64,000 bases of DNA from Raillietiella orientalis. Lineage: Eukaryota. Of this stretch, positions 1 to 13,950 are shown piece after piece (position 1 is the stretch's first letter; every line of letters starts with the position of its first letter). Where the stretch lies: positions 930,001 through 994,000 of the forward strand of contig JAYWIR010000051.1 of NCBI GenBank assembly GCA_036172245.1. Reading direction: 5' to 3'. Under the pieces are notes generated by a model that was not told where the DNA came from, made no database searches, and saw only the letters and a program-made list of their open reading frames with translations. A program made the position numbers and the translations under genes.

Positions 1-700
1 CCGCGAGTGCGCACTCGCGGAGTGTTCGCCTCTGCTGAAGCGGCACATTCTGCAGGTGTCGCGGGGCTCTCTTTCCGACGAGAGTGGTCGCGCAGGGCAG
101 TTTGATCAGGTGATCCCCATGACTTCGCTGTCACCAACGCACCCTGCAAATGGAGGCCTCACAAAAGGCCTCGCCTGCGTGAACCAGAAACTCCTGCCGA
201 AGCTCTCGGAGCACCTTGGTCTTCCCGCCTGCTTGAGGAAGTACCTGCGCGCATTTTCGTGCGATGCGCGAATCAACGTGGGGTTCCAGCGGTGCGCGGA
301 GGAATGAGGCAAGCCAACTGCCTGACACCCGTCCTGTTCTGGACTTCTACTTGGTGCTGGGCGGGCATGGGACAACACTGGCCAACCTGCCGAAATCCTG
401 TCCCTGCACGCCGGCCATGGCGGCCTACTCAGGTGGCCCACAGGGAAGTGGACATCCGTCCAGACAGGCAGAAGTGTGCGGCTGCTCTTGAGGGAGCGTG
501 GCTGGAGGGGAATGCGGACTGGATCTTCTTGAGGACCCTCCAGAGCATACCAAGGTAATCCCAGTACCTTGGGGATGCTGGTAGACGGCTTTCGCTCCGC
601 GGAAGTGCCGGCTGGCTGCCTTCAAAAGGAAGGGAAGGCTCTTGGCCCGTTCCTTGGCGGCAGCTTCTCCTTTCTGGAGTAGTATTCGATCCATCCAGTC
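1..700 (+). mobile_element. Degenerate L1/Tx1-type LINE ORF2 fragment (region after the RT domain)
   Basis: Translation LSPTHPANGGLTKGLACVNQKLLPK resembles the L1-clade 'P...GGLG..L...N.ALL.K' motif. GGLLRWP resembles PKGLLRWG in the copy at 20.9 kb. Frameshifted; boundaries approximate. Confidence 0.4.
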
Positions 701-3700
701 TGAGCCGGGAAGATCTTGTCCGGGTTCCTCGTCTCGGAAGGACTTCCCTCCAGGAGGTCCTTGAAAACACCGACGAAGTTACCCACAGAGCCGTCTTCCC
801 TATGGGTGAGCAACGAAGGCAGCGGCCAATCGGCAAAAGGGGAAGATTTCTTCCAGATCTACAGGAGAGGATGCACCTCCGAAGAGCTGGAAGAAAGAGT
901 TGGAAGAACTGTTTCTTCGCTTTCTGCGTTGCGACACTTCTGCGCTCCACTCTGGTGGCAGCACGATGCAGTGCTCGCCTTACGATGAGGATGGAGGGGA
1001 AGGGGGAGTTCCCTGGCGACGAACGTATGCACCACATCACAGAGGAAGTATCCCAGGAGCAATGCGGTCGAATCGCTCGCGCGTCTGTCCGCGAAGACTT
1101 CCCCCCTGCGATGGCACCCCCTGCGCTCCTCCGTCCCGAGAATGCGGCACTCACCTACCGCGTCGGTTGTTTTCGTGAGGATGCGGTCGTCTCTCGTCTT
1201 CCGCTGTGATCGCAACGCTGCCGCCTCGCGTTCGTGGCATCGCAACGGCCCGTCACCCAAGTCCAGCACGGAGATGGGCACAGTCTTGCAGAGGCTGTAG
1301 GAGTGGAGCAGCCATTCCGTTGTTCGCCACCTTCCACCCAACAATTACTAGGTAATCCTCCATTCCCACGACTCTGGTCGGTTCCTCCTGCTGACCCATT
1401 GAACTTCTCTTCGTGTTTCCTTTTTCTTCCTGCTTCTCAACGAACCTCGTCTTTGCGAGGTTCCTTTTCTCTGAAGAGGCGCGCGGAGCGACCGGGAGAA
1501 GGGGGGGCTCATCCTTGGGGAGCGCTGCGGCTCAAACAGGCGGCATCGGGCACGCCTCACCTGACAGCCCGAGACTCCAGTGTGTGTGCGCTTAATAGTC
1601 AAGGAGCCGCACCTCGGAACTCGCGCAAGAAAGCCAACGCGCAGCCCGCAGAGGTGGTCGCCACTGACCTCGGAGCTAGGGGAGTGAGACTTTAGCTCGG
1701 CCGCGCACGAGCGACCTACTTACCACTGGCTTGGGCGGGCACGGCGAGGCAGGAAGGATGCCATCGATTTCGCGGGACCACTGCCTAACCCAAATCGAGT
1801 TCGCCTCGCCGGGTGACGGTCTCGGGATGTGGATTGGCGGAATCCTGGAGGAACTCATCCGCCTCAGGGTCAGCCGGGAGCGCAGACGCTCGCGCGTCCT
1901 CTGCTTCAACGGCTGCCCAGTTTATTCCCCTTCCGCGTGCCCGCGGCCTGCCATCCAACATTCCCCGGGTTTCATCCCCCCTTATTCCAGCTTTTCCCCT
2001 CAGAGCGCCGTGCCACGCCCTTTCCTGAACCGTTCTTCCAGATCCTGCCGACCCAACTCCATTGCTGGGTGCGCAGTCGACCCCCGAAAAGAAAGAGGGC
2101 ACCTCTGTTTTGTGCCCGTCCCTTCCTTTCTGGATTCCCCCTTCCGAGGATGTGGAAGCAGCGGTTCCCGGGTTGCGAGGGGAGGAACAACCGTCCCCAA
2201 AGGGGGAGACAGGCTGAACAGAGGCTACTTCCGGGAAGTGCCTTCTGGTATCTCTAACGACGCGAGCCTGCGCTTCGCTGCTGTTCCCTTCCCTTCCGTC
2301 TCGCCCGGTTGCTGCTGTCGTTGTTGTGCTGCTCCCCATCCCTCCTCCTCCTCCTCCTGCCTCCACACTCCGCACCCCTCCCCTTCTTCCTCCCTTGCAC
2401 CGGGGAGAGGGCTTCTGCTCGCGACTTGCCTGCCCAAACGGAGCGTCTCCAGAGACAGACCCCGGCTGCGGAGGTGAGCGCTGGGAAAGTCCCGGCGCCA
2501 TGAGGGACGAATGCAGGACGGAATCTCCCTTCTTCCCAGGGAAGACTAGAGTCTTCAGTTGAGCACAGGCAGGATCTTTCAGCACTCGTAGATCCCTTTC
2601 CGGAGTGTTCAGAGACTTGAAGCTCCCGCAGACTTCGCAGCCTCGAAGCAGCAAGTCGAGGAGCAGCGAAGCTGTGGTACTCTCCAGGGAGGAGCTCCGG
2701 GATGGGTGCAGCACGTCTGAGGCCGACAAAGCAAGCAAGGACGGATGACATCGAGGGGCTGTACTGCTTCCCTGGACACCGTCTTTCGGGGTGCCGACTG
2801 CCCCTAGCCCTTGCAACCCTACCATCTAGGGCGGCTGTTCGGCCGCCGGGAATTCCGTCCTGCTGCCACTGCCAAACGCAGATGCTCGGCGCCCTTCCTA
2901 TCCCAGAAGGTCGCGCTCGTGGTCTGGAGGAGGGTGGGCTCCTCCTAAGCGAGCTGGGCGGAATTCCCAGGACAGAAGTGAGGTACCAGCCTTTCCGACA
3001 TGCGGGCGGGATTTTTAGCGGGTTGCAGCGCTGAGAGGTGACCACCATGTGGAAGCCTCCAAGATGAGACCTGCAAGAATAGAGAAGGGCCATCAGGAAG
3101 GGGGAGAAAGCGGCGAGGACTTTTTCAGAGGGCTAGCCTCTTCTGCCTCAGGATAACGACGACCCGCGCTCGGGAAAGGTCAGGGAATCGAGGAGACCAC
3201 GGTCAGACTGCTTCCGATGCAAGGAGACTCCCGCTCAGAAGACACAGCGTGCCCCTGTCCATGGCGCGACTCGCCCTCCTGCGAGGACCTCCCATTCGGG
3301 AAGCGGCCGCCACAGAAGGCACAAAAGCGGTCAGTTCAGCCCATTCCCTCTCGGCGCGCTCACGGGCATGTGGATGCGGGGCAGAGGGCAGGAAGCCCCG
3401 AGCACTCGGCAGGGTCGACTGGGTGCTCAGCCCTCGGGCTGCCACTCTGAAAGGAGGACACAGGAAGGAAGGAGAAGATTCTTCTGGATGCTCCAGACGC
3501 GCAATCGGTGCCTCGCGTCCCTCAGGAACACAAAGATCTCCGAAGGAAGACGAAGAGATAGTCGGTGGGATGGCCGGAGACGCAAAGGTCGCCCTTCCAG
3601 CAGCATAGGAAAATGAAGGGAGCGGCGGAATGGCCAGGGGTGGAAGCGTCAAGGCAGGATGGGCATCACCACCTTTCTCCGCCTTCCGGGGCGGGAAGGA

Positions 3701-6700
3701 GGAAGCGAGCGAAGAAAGGTGACCCTGGCGAGAAAGGCATCAAAGCTGCAGGCAGATCGCCACCAAGCGAGCACGGGGGCGCCTCGCGATGAGCATGCCG
3801 AAGGCGGCAGGGTGGAGAAGGAACACACGACCCGTACGCAAGATCCACCAGCGGGCAACTCACTCATCTTCGGGGACGGGGAAGCGTCGGAGCAGTCGGG
3901 GTCGAAGAGTGAAGGAGGAGGCCCGCTGCTGCGTATCATGCCTTTGACCCGTCTACCCCAAGAAGGACTGCCAAGTGGGCGTCACTGAGACGCCGCATTT
4001 CCCTGCTGCTTGTTCTTGTGAAACACCATCGGAAATGCTCTGGGTTTCCACCCTCCGCCGCACCGCCTCTCAGGAAGGCGGGAGCCACGCATGCAGTTTC
4101 CCCCATGCAGCGTCGGTTCCCTGCAGTCCGAGGGCTTTCGTTGGTTGATGAGATCGGTTCGCTGGTGACGTCCACAGATAAGTATCCTAGGCGTTTCCAT
4201 CGGTGAGTAGCACGCTCTTGACTTGGCTGTTGGCAACGCAGAGCTGTGTGCACCATTTCGTCGACAGCACGGCTCCCAATACGAAGAGCTTACCAGTCTT
4301 CATCAGTAGTGCAGGATACAATGCACGGCTTCACGCCGTCGCCTCCTCCCCTGCCTGCCAGAGGGGATACGCAAAGAGGGCGAGCACCGTCTTTGCTGGG
4401 AAGGAACGATGGTCGCGAAGGGAATTTCGGCCGCAGGCGCAGGCGGCTCGTGCCGCCTAGCTGATCTCTCTACCCATCACCCAGCAGCCGACCTTCCTCC
4501 GCCACGAGCGAGTGTGAGGTGCAGCGACGGATAGCGACGCATGCGATCCTGACGCCGCGTCACACCTGCCACGCTGGTGATCACACGAGCTTGCACGTCG
4601 GCGTCTTTCTGTCGTCTTCAAAGCCGAAGGCTTGCAACAAGCGTGGCCGTCGCTCGAAGAGACCTCCCAGGTTGCTGCCTGCCGCTCGTATTCCCTCGCA
4701 ACCACGCTGCAACTCTTTGCCGTCTCCCTACTTCTGATCGCGCAATCGCGACTTTCAACCCTGGCAACAACTCACCCTGTTCCGCTATCCTTTGGAAGCG
4801 CTTCCTAGATTCGAAAGCTGTGCACATTCATTCTCCTGAGATGCCCGGTGGCATCCCGTCTCCCCGTGCCTCAGCAAGGAGACTGCTTCTCCTCTTCTAC
4901 GTCTATGGTTCCAGGAAGTCTTTTTCCTGTCTTGCTGCAGTGTCTCGGAGGACAAAGTGATTTTCAAAGAAAGGGACTCAAACGAGCGCAAGAAGCGGAA
5001 ACGACTGACCTATCGTCACCTCACCCATCCTCCCTGTCCCAGGAAAAAGGAAGAAAGTAGGGATTTCCCGGCATTTTCTTTTGCATGTTATCTGTGGCGG
5101 AGAGGAGGGTGGGTGCAGTCAGCCAACTGAGGGAGTGATAGCCCTACAAGTCCACCGCATGCAGGGAAAGTCCCGGGCACTTCTGCAGTTTGGCACTCAG
5201 CAGTCACCTCGCCCACCCGAAAGCGCGGCTCATCCGTATGACGGGTGCTCATCTCGGGCGCTGCCAGTTGTTGCTGTTGCAGTGCGTGCTTTCGTATCCT
5301 GAGCTGCTTGCTGACCTTAGTGCCACTGTCAAATGCCGCATGGAGCAGCGGTTCTTGAGGTGCCAGCAAATCAAACCATGAAGATAGCCGAAAGAAGGAA
5401 AGAATTCAAGGACGTGGAAGACAGCTACGTCGAATAGGGATTCCGTCCTGCTGAGACCCATGGCAACAGTTTGCGCGTGAGGTCGAAAGTCTCCCTCTTT
5501 CAGAAGAGCCAAACACAGCAAGGAGTTTTTCTTCTCGGCAAGGCGCCTTGCTGAGATTTGCCGCTCCTGAACGAAAACCGCAAAGTGCAACCGTGTTGCC
5601 TTCTTCATGGCGCCGCCGTGTGCGAAAAAGAAAGCAACTCTCTGTTTGGTTACGCAGTTCAAGGATGCAGATTGCGGACCGCTGCGAGAGCGATGGTCGC
5701 TTCACTGATGGTTTGCGTCGTCGGCCTTCGTGAGGAATATGTCAACGAGGGCGTGCATTCCGAAACCTTGGTTTTGTTTTCATCCTGAAGCTGACAGTCA
5801 CTGGGTGGCGGTGCAGCTCTGGCTCACCATTTGGAATGCCTGCGGCCTGGCGCAACACGGAAGCCCCTTGTGCCTTCCTGCCACGGGAGGAAAAGGGAAG
5901 GTGCGTGCAGATCTTGCGTGTGCAGTGGAGACGGTGCTGCTGCACGGCACGTTGGGAGAGGCGCTCTTTCGCAGGTGTCCATTACAGATGTGCTCTGTGA
6001 AGTTCACCGCAGAATAGCTCCTCTTACTGATTTGGGTGTTCGTTTCTCGCGGGTGAGCTGATGTGCCTTCCTCAGCCAGCGGACGAAGGAAGCAGCCGAT
6101 TCCTTGAGAAGGAGCCCACCCGCCACCCTCACCGTGTCATTGCTGGTCGGTTTCACGTGGAAAGCTGCATGTCCAGTGGAGGGTCAAATGGAATTCCCCG
6201 ACGGAGTCGATTTGCTTAGCGCGTGGCGAGCATCAGCTGAACGATGGGGGAATGAGAGCTATTGCAGGCATGGCCATCCGAGCCTGCAAAGAAAATGCAC
6301 CAGCTGTACCCATGGCGTCCTCGTTGAGTGTCAAGACACGTGGCTGTCGCACCTGCATAAGGTCGCTTCTCATTTGCCGGAAACAAAGGCCAAGTTTGCT
6401 GCAGTTCGACATGGACCCCATTGACACCTTGCAACCGGCTGTACTGCTGGCATATGAAACCTCAGTCTCCCACGCGCAAAATAAAGACAGATACGTCTGT
6501 GACAGGATCTACAGCCCATTTTTAGGCCTCCTGACCCTGACAGGACCGTGGTGTATTGACTAAGAAGGAAGCAACGGAACAGGATGACGCATCGAAACGA
6601 AGAGCACTCAGCAGCAACTTCCCGTTAAGCTGGCATCTTCATCGCCTCCACATGAAAATCCAAACTTCTCCAGATGTATGAGGTACATCGCAACATCAGT

Positions 6701-7239
6701 GAGCACCACAGGAATCTTATAAGTGATTATATCTAACTCCTTTCTTAGATGGACACTGCAAAGTGCGTCTTCCTTCTTTCGATATGAGCCATCCAGAAGC
6801 AACTCTGCTGAACTGAAAATTTCCGCCAAAAAAAAAATTACAGTCCCTCATTCATGAACTCGATCTTGTCCATAAAGTTCTTGTTCCTCCCGTGCTAATT
6901 CATTAGGCGCTTCTGAAATCTGGTATTATCCCCCTTTCCTGGAGCAAGACCTCCCTTCCCTACAGATCGCCTTAGAAATAAAAACTGTTTGATCTCACCG
7001 GAAGGGCTCCAGGAGCAATAGGAAACAAAGCATTGCACTCTGACCTCTTTCGCCAAAGGCAGAGAAGAATGCGGTCTGCAGCACTCACCAACAGTCCCAA
7101 CATTGCACATTCCTGGAAAATACAGAAAAATCTATACGTTTCGATAGGCACATGTTGCCATGCTACCCTCAGATAGGAAAGACAAATAGAAACGCGCATG
7201 CAGCAGCTGCGAGCCTGAACGTATGCATCGCTCTCCAGC

Positions 7240-7965
7240 GGCTTCTCACCCTTCGCTGGAATATTCGACCGGTACTCTGTCTTCGGGGACGCAGGTTTTT
7301 CCTAACACGGAGGGGAGAGCATGACTACTCTCCAGCCCCCATTCCGAAGTGTGTAAGGACCCCAACTGTGGCAGGTGCAGGGAGAGCGAATCCCTCCCAC
7401 ACCTGCTAGCGGACTGTGTTGCTCTACGGTCCCTTTGGGAACGCTTTGCCGCGACCCTTGGAACCCCCGGCGGCAACTCCAGGGACGCTTTACTACCCTT
7501 CCTCGTTCGCGACTCACTTCGACTGGCAGCCTCGTTGGCAGCCCTCTGCTGCCTACTCGGGATCGTCTCTGCCTGGAGCGACGCAAGAGGAGGGCCCAGC
7601 GACAGGAACGCCCCATCCACTTCTCCATCCGCTTCATGTGGATGGCAACGAGATGGCCCTACTTGAACAGCCATATCCAGCACGAGCTTGTCGGCATGCT
7701 CCAAAGGATGCAGAGGACCGCTCTCAGCAAACAGTGATCCCTTCCCACCTCCACCCCCAAAATTGTTTTATTTTCATTTTTGTTTCCTTTTTGCCCTCTT
7801 TGCCCCCTCCCCTCTGCTGCCGTGGTGGAGCTCACTGGTCTGCGAACCGGCAAGGCAGCAGGTTCGATCAAATAAGGACGAGGCTGGACCATCGGTCCAA
7901 CCATAGAAATGGTAAATGTTTATTTAATTTATAAATAAATACCTTGGCGCCCCCGGATAAGAATC
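7240..7965 (+). mobile_element. 5'-truncated L1/Tx1-type LINE 3' end (zinc-binding C-terminus, 3'UTR, terminal hairpin)
   Basis: CCHC motif CGRC-RESESLPHLLADC-VALRSLWERF. C-terminus RWPYLNSHIQHELVGMLQRMQR, stop at 7737. Pyrimidine-rich 3'UTR, AATAAA at 7934-7939, then the family terminal motif. Near-identical inverted copy at 16233-16543. Confidence 0.8.
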
Positions 7966-8409
7966 CAACCCCCAATACGACTATGGGTGGGGCCAAGTTC
8001 GCCCTGCTGACGGGAGATGCCGGGCATCGCCTTCAAGTTTTCCCTGCTTGTCTCCCGCGGGGATGGTCCCTCTCCTGCTTGGAGCAGGGAGCGGTTGCGA
8101 ATCCGCCTGGAGCGGGAGGCTGGCGCTGGGACATTCCAGGAAGCCCAGGCAGCGCGTTTCAGAATCGCCCGCGTCCCTTTTGCATGCAAATGGGGACGTG
8201 GGAACTTGTGGCCGACGTGTCCGCGAAGGGTGCTCCATCCCCATGGTTTCCGCTCGGAACAAACGCGTAGGAAACCTTTCGTTTCGCAGCGGCGTTGTTG
8301 TCACGGAGACGGTTAGAAGGAAAGCTCGAGAAAGAGTCCGCGTGAGGCGACGGAGCCGCCTCCCGGTCGCGCAAGCACCTCCTCCGACATCCAGAAAACG
8401 GGAACTCAC

Positions 8410-9217
8410 TGTGACCGAATCCTGAGAAAGAAAACCAGAGATGGCTCCTGAGCCGTACTCGAGAAGGAAAGGATATCCGTTCCTTTTGTAGGTACTCGAG
8501 TACTGACCGTGAAATCTTCTGTGGATATCTGAAAGGAGGGACAGCGTTACTCTATGCGTCTCTGACCACCAGTTATTTACCACAGGATCTGTCGACATGA
8601 AAGCACAGCCAGCTGCACAGCCAAAGATCGGCGGAACCGGTGTCGAACACGACCCTGAATGCCTGCGGCGGTGTCCTAAATCGGCAGGAGGCAAAAACAC
8701 TCAGCTGACAAAGACATCCAGCTGCCCGCATTCATCCAGCAACCGGAAGTACCAGCTCCATGGGGATCCCCCCTGCTACCTGTAAGGGGAAATTACGAAA
8801 AGCTGCTCTGCGGTGGAGATGATCCACGCATGCGCGGCTTTCGTGAGGTGCACATCCGGCTGGGCAGCATCTCTTTCTCTCCCAGCGGAGAAGGCCCATT
8901 TGACAAGAAAAGCGGGCCGGATGGACCGTTCAACACATTTCGCGACACATTTAAAATTTGCGGCGGTGTCTTTTGCTGTCAAAAAACACCGCGGTGCGGC
9001 AGCGGAAGTCCACTGGTGTTCACTTTACGCTCACCTCCTTACGTTTCGGATGTTGCGGAGTGCGGCGCTCCTGGAGAAGTTTGGACTTTTCTTCTGCTGC
9101 GTGCGCGACCTGCCGACTCTTAACTAAGAATGCGTGCTCCGCTGCAAAGGTGTCCTTCCGCCCAACTGCCCCAGGAATCTCCCGTCCCTACTCGTTCTCC
9201 TCAGCGGGATTCTAACG
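8410..9217 (-). pseudogene. Pepsin-family (A1, cathepsin D/E-like) aspartic protease, N-terminal lobe only; probable pseudogene
   Basis: Exon 9217-~9043 encodes a propeptide-like VRIPLRR...ALRNIRN with an in-frame TAG at 9124-9126. Exon 8675-8581 encodes TPPQAFRVVFDTGSADLW (catalytic DTG at 8636-8644). A 52-nt GT-AG intron follows, then exon 8528-8410 encoding DIHRRFHGQYSSTYKRNGYPFLLEYGSGAISGFLSQDSVT with a GTGAGT donor. No second DTG lobe found downstream. Confidence 0.8.
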
Positions 9218-10199
9218 CTGCGGATGGACAACAGGCAGAGTGTGACGCCCTGTTCCCGTAGCGCGTGGGTGTCGGAAACGGAGAGGACCACGCACCCCGC
9301 GTCTGTCGCTCGCCATCTCCACATCGCGCATGCCCGGAGCGCTGGCAAGGGGGTCGACCAGGGGGTGGGCGGCGACGAAATGGTGCCGTACTTCTCGCAC
9401 CACCTTAAAGGACAGCGCCCGGCCCACCGCTCTGCCGAGCTGCGAGTCGGGCAGCGCCCCTCCGGATGCCCGTGAGCCAGTGTGGTGCGGTTCCGGACCA
9501 AACGCCACCAGCAGCACGCAGACCCCGGTACATGGGAAGCATTGCAGAGTAAGATCCGCGCTCCCATCTACACGGGTTATCGCGATAGGGCATTTGAGAG
9601 TTGCGCGCTGCATTCCGTGTTTCAAATGCACACGTTAGCGAAGTGACGTTGCGTTTGCTGGGTCTCCTTGGTTTCGGGAAATTGGCGGCATCTGTCTGCA
9701 CGATGCGGCGGGTCCCGTATAACGCGAGGGGTGCGTTGCGCGTTATCCGAACCCGCGTTATACGAGCGCTACAGATGACACTTACGGAAAATGCAACACG
9801 TGTCTTAAGCGCAATGGCAGTAGAACATTTCACTTTAAGGCAAAAAGGGGAAAGGTTGAAAGCGTTCGCTTGTTATCTCACTTCGCGCAGAGGAAAGTTT
9901 TCCGATTCTTGTTGATGTTTTACCAATTCAAGCAATTCCATAGCTCTATCGTTGTCGTTGCATATCTCGAACCACTCCATCCACGAGAATTCTGGAAAAA
10001 ATTGAATGCAACCTACTTTAATCGTGCGTCCAACTGAAATTCATCCGCCACCGTGTGGGGGGCTGATTAATCGCGCGCCATGTGAGGACCGCCGCCATTT
10101 TTCCGTCGCACCTTAACAGGGCGAATCTCCAATGCGCGAATCTCGCGTGGGGAATGTCGAAGTAGCACGTGATCGGAGGCAACTTCTGCTTGCAGGTGG

Positions 10200-13000
10200 G
10201 CTTGTCCACCGAATCTGTAGCACCGGGCCGCCGCAGGTGGGCTTTTCCCGCGTCGGTGAATCCGGTGCCCTGGCAACGAGAGGCGGCCTACCTGCAGTAA
10301 GGGCACCCTGACGAAGAGCACCGCCCCTTCGATCCTTCTCGATGGAGTCTCAGGTTCGGCCCTGGCTCAGAGTTTTCGCTTTGGTTGCCCGTCATCTGCT
10401 CCACTCTGTCCCTCGACGGAGCAGGGCGTGTGCTCCGCGTCGTCGTCGTCACGGTGCCAGTGCATGGTCCGGTGATCTGAAGGGTGGCTGGGAGGTCTCC
10501 GAATCAAACGTTCCCATTTGAGACTTCGCACAGCACAGCCATTCCGTGCCTCTGCTCGATGGCAACTGGTCTCTACCTGCAGGGTGCTGTTGAAACTCAT
10601 GAAACGGCGTCTTGAGGAATTCCTTCCCGCTTACTGTTTTCCATTCCCTTTCCCCAGCCCCCCCTCTCTCAGTCGATTGATGCCTCGTGAGTCGTTGAGA
10701 CCCTGGGAATTCCCGTAAAAGCGACCAGCTCTCAGAGGAGGTCACAGACTCTTGACGGGTTCACCTGCCGAGGAAGCGTCCGAGAAGAGAGAAGAATCGC
10801 CGCGCGCCGCCCATGCAGTGCCGCCGAAATCCCAGTGAGTGGAGTGATGAGAACTCCCGCTGGGCTCTCGCTCTTTTATTCCAGCGTTCCTGGAATCGCT
10901 GCAGGTTTGCCTGCTGGAGAGAATTCTCTGGAGCTGTCCGTCCAACGTGCGGCAACGCGCGGACACGAATTGCTCGGAGAGTCGCGCTTCCTATTTTTTT
11001 CTATTAGAACCCAGAGTTGCCGTTTCGTCCTCGCATAGGAAGAGCCTGATGATGCAAGGGATGGCCTCGTTAGGTAGTGAGTAAAGCCGAAAAGACAGTG
11101 AAGGACAAAAAGGAATAGAGTGCTGAAGAGTCAAACGTCCATCTCCCTGTTTTCATATTTCCAAATCAGTCTTTAAGGAGGCGTCCGTTCGGCTCAGCAG
11201 CTCCGAAACAGGGGCACGCTGCAGAAGAAGGAAAAGGAATCGCGCATATTTCCTTCTTTCGCAACATCTTCCTCATCTCGATCACTCATCATTGCTATCG
11301 ATGCTTTGGCTGCATGCAGTTCTCTTTGAGCCTTCATTCGCTTGCTGGACGTCGGGTTTCTGGAAGGATGTCGGAGTTCTTCTCAAGGACGACACCTCAT
11401 TTGCACGGTGCGGCATTTGGTTCCGAGCATGAAACCCCACCGAGGTGGTTGCACATTGAAATGACGACTTCTGGTGGTGGTCCGGCTATCCGTCAAGGGC
11501 AAAAAGCGACCCTCGTTCTTGCCGCCGCGCTCGAGCTTGCAAGCAAGAAATGGCGCCAAGTCTTCGAGCTCGCGTCTCATTACCGCTCTGTGCCTTGATC
11601 CTGAGACCATCGTAGAAATGACGGCAGTTCCTTGAATCCATCGTAGTACATGATTCCTGCAGCTACGTCGCAGAGGAACCGTGGCGCCGTGGTCTCGTGG
11701 CGGCTGTTCGGGGCTTCTGCGATTCGAGGTGGTGATGTGCGCTACCACGGACAGCGCAAGACTCGATTGGGATCCGCCATGTCGAACGCACTCGGGAAGG
11801 GAACGGTGCATCTTCTGACCTACTCGTCTCTTTCCTTGTATAGAAGGGAAGGATGTTGGTAACGTTCACTTCCTTACGTGCCGATTTTGGACTTGCTGCG
11901 GCGCTTCTTCACTCAAGACAGACTGATAGCAGGCGCCGTAGTCTCAGCGAGATGCTATGCATCCGCCCCATCGTAACAGTCCGAACCCGAAGGAGAAACT
12001 GCTCCGTGATGGAATCTCGTTCTCAATGAAGGGAGGCCACCCGAATGGCAGTCGCCTTGATGAGAGCGGCTGTAAGGTGGCCTCGTCTGAAAAAAACGCC
12101 GGGAAGATTGCCAGCATTCAACGCCAGCTGTTGGAAGAAAGGAGCAGCTGTAACCAAAGATCTCTGCCCTTACTTTACCCCTTTTTTTACTTATTTATTG
12201 TACCATCCCTCTCGCTAACGACTCCCTTGGAGGGCGTTCTTTGAGCTGGTGGTCCTCTCTGGTGCACTTTCTTTTTTTTATATCATGAAATGAAAGTCCC
12301 GGCGCGATCAAGTGCAAAACATCGATTCCAGGGTAGCTTAGCAGCTGCTCGAAATTTCTCTGTCAACGGTCCAGCCCAGGGAACAGCTCGAACGGCTGTT
12401 CTCCTCCATCCAGATTCCTAGCAAGCCTGAATCCTGTTCGTCGAAACTGCCACGAATTACCTGGGACATCCTTGCAGATAAAATGCGCAGGAGCACTAGC
12501 GGGGGATTTCAGGCGAAGTTCGGCAGGCACCGGCCGTTCGACCCGTTTGGTGCGGTCGAGATGAGGAGCGAACTAGTGATGGGGCAGAGCCATCGGGAAG
12601 GCCATCGGGGATGGGCCGTTCGCTAGAAGCGGCCCATTCCACCAGCTCGATGACGTAAGGACTCGAAACCTCACGACGGCAGGAAGGAAAACTGCATATC
12701 AGTAGGGCTTCTGAAGCTGTTAGTAGGGAAGGATATTCAACGGCCACGGGTAGTAGGGGCTGCCTCGGTGTTTGTCTGCACTGTGTGTGCTGAACAGTAA
12801 CTCCATAGTAACGAAGGTGGAGTGCTGCAAGTGGAACCTGACACAGTGTCACAACGGGAGCGATTCCAGGAATTTTCCATATGCCGCGTGCATGATGAGA
12901 AAGACAGGATCCTGAATACCATTGCACCTTTTGTTGTCCGTGAGCGCACCCACAGCGGGCGTTAGTGGCGCGGAACTGCGGATTCGAAAGACCAGAGGGC
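10200..13000 (-). mobile_element. Highly degenerate L1/Tx1-type LINE (possible ORF1 end, APE and early RT remnants)
   Basis: Scattered frameshifted motif remnants in the expected order on the minus strand: ORF1-like IPG...LRYYG...C near 12.8 kb, PDHH (SDH-like) near 11.48 kb, FPGSQRLT (PGxDGLT-like) near 10.7 kb, GAVLFV near 10.32 kb. Weak evidence. Confidence 0.3.
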
Positions 13001-13950
13001 AGCACCAACGGGGGTCGTAGTGGCGGGCGGAAGCTCGGCCGCCAGAAGCTGCTCGAAACCTCGGCGGCTTGCAGCGGCGCTGCGCTCGGCGGCGCCCGGG
13101 GGAGGTGGTGTGGCGGTCGCGCGTGCGGATTACTGAGCAGACAACTTGCTCAGCCGGGAAGAGGAAGATTCCAGACTCCCTCCTTCTTGCTAGGGAGGAC
13201 CCCTCCCCCTTCGTCTCCGAGAGTCGAGATGACCTCAATTCCGCGCTAAAATCCCCAGTTCAGCTACTCCCCCGCCCTGAAAAGGAACCGCCTGTCCCAA
13301 AGCTAGCACCCGCGGTCGTTGCGGGCGAGCGACAGACGGGGTGAAACGGAGCCCCCAGTGGTGGCAGCAGAAAGGCCGGCCGTGCGAAACTCCCCCGATC
13401 GGAGAAGAACGTCCTTCAAGAGTTCCAGTGCTCTTCCAAGGGAACGCCTCAGGAGATGCGATGAAGGGCTGGACACTCCTCCGGAAAGAAACGGAACGCG
13501 AGTTCGAGGCCCGCCGCCGGCAGATGGAGGAGTCGACATTCGGCGGTTCGCTTCGACCCGACTTCCGCTTCCAGCCAATGGATCCAACCGTTAATCGGCC
13601 AAAGATGAAAATCCCAACGGCTGCGAGTCAAATGGGCGGAACGAACTCCCAGTGGGAAACCGGATAACCTTGGCAACCGGTAGCGATCATTGCCGAGTGC
13701 ATCCGTCAGTCGCCTTTGCCAGCATGCCAAGCGCGCGACTTTGCTCGTGGCTTTTGAACGGTGGAGTAAACAAAGGTCAAGCGGAACGCACGCCCATCCC
13801 GGTCCCGTGGTCATGGCTGCAGGGTACCTTGCAAGTCAATTTCTGAAAGATACAAGCCCTACCAAAAGAAAACGGATCTTGGGAATGCAACGGCAATCGT
13901 TGGGTTTAAACCAACAGGCATGGTTCCTGGCGGTCTCCATGTAGGAAGAT

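Noticed and set aside
1731..3988. Long overlapping GC-rich ORFs (e.g. 1785-2825, 2254-3093) with possible decayed zinc knuckles
   Set aside because: Low-complexity translations that are open on both strands. The GGHLSA/GKAG remnants hint at a LINE ORF1 but are too weak to call.
5780..7130. Exon-like segments with splice-like sites on both strands
   Set aside because: Joining them needs a 23-nt intron or crosses stop codons, and no protein family is recognisable.
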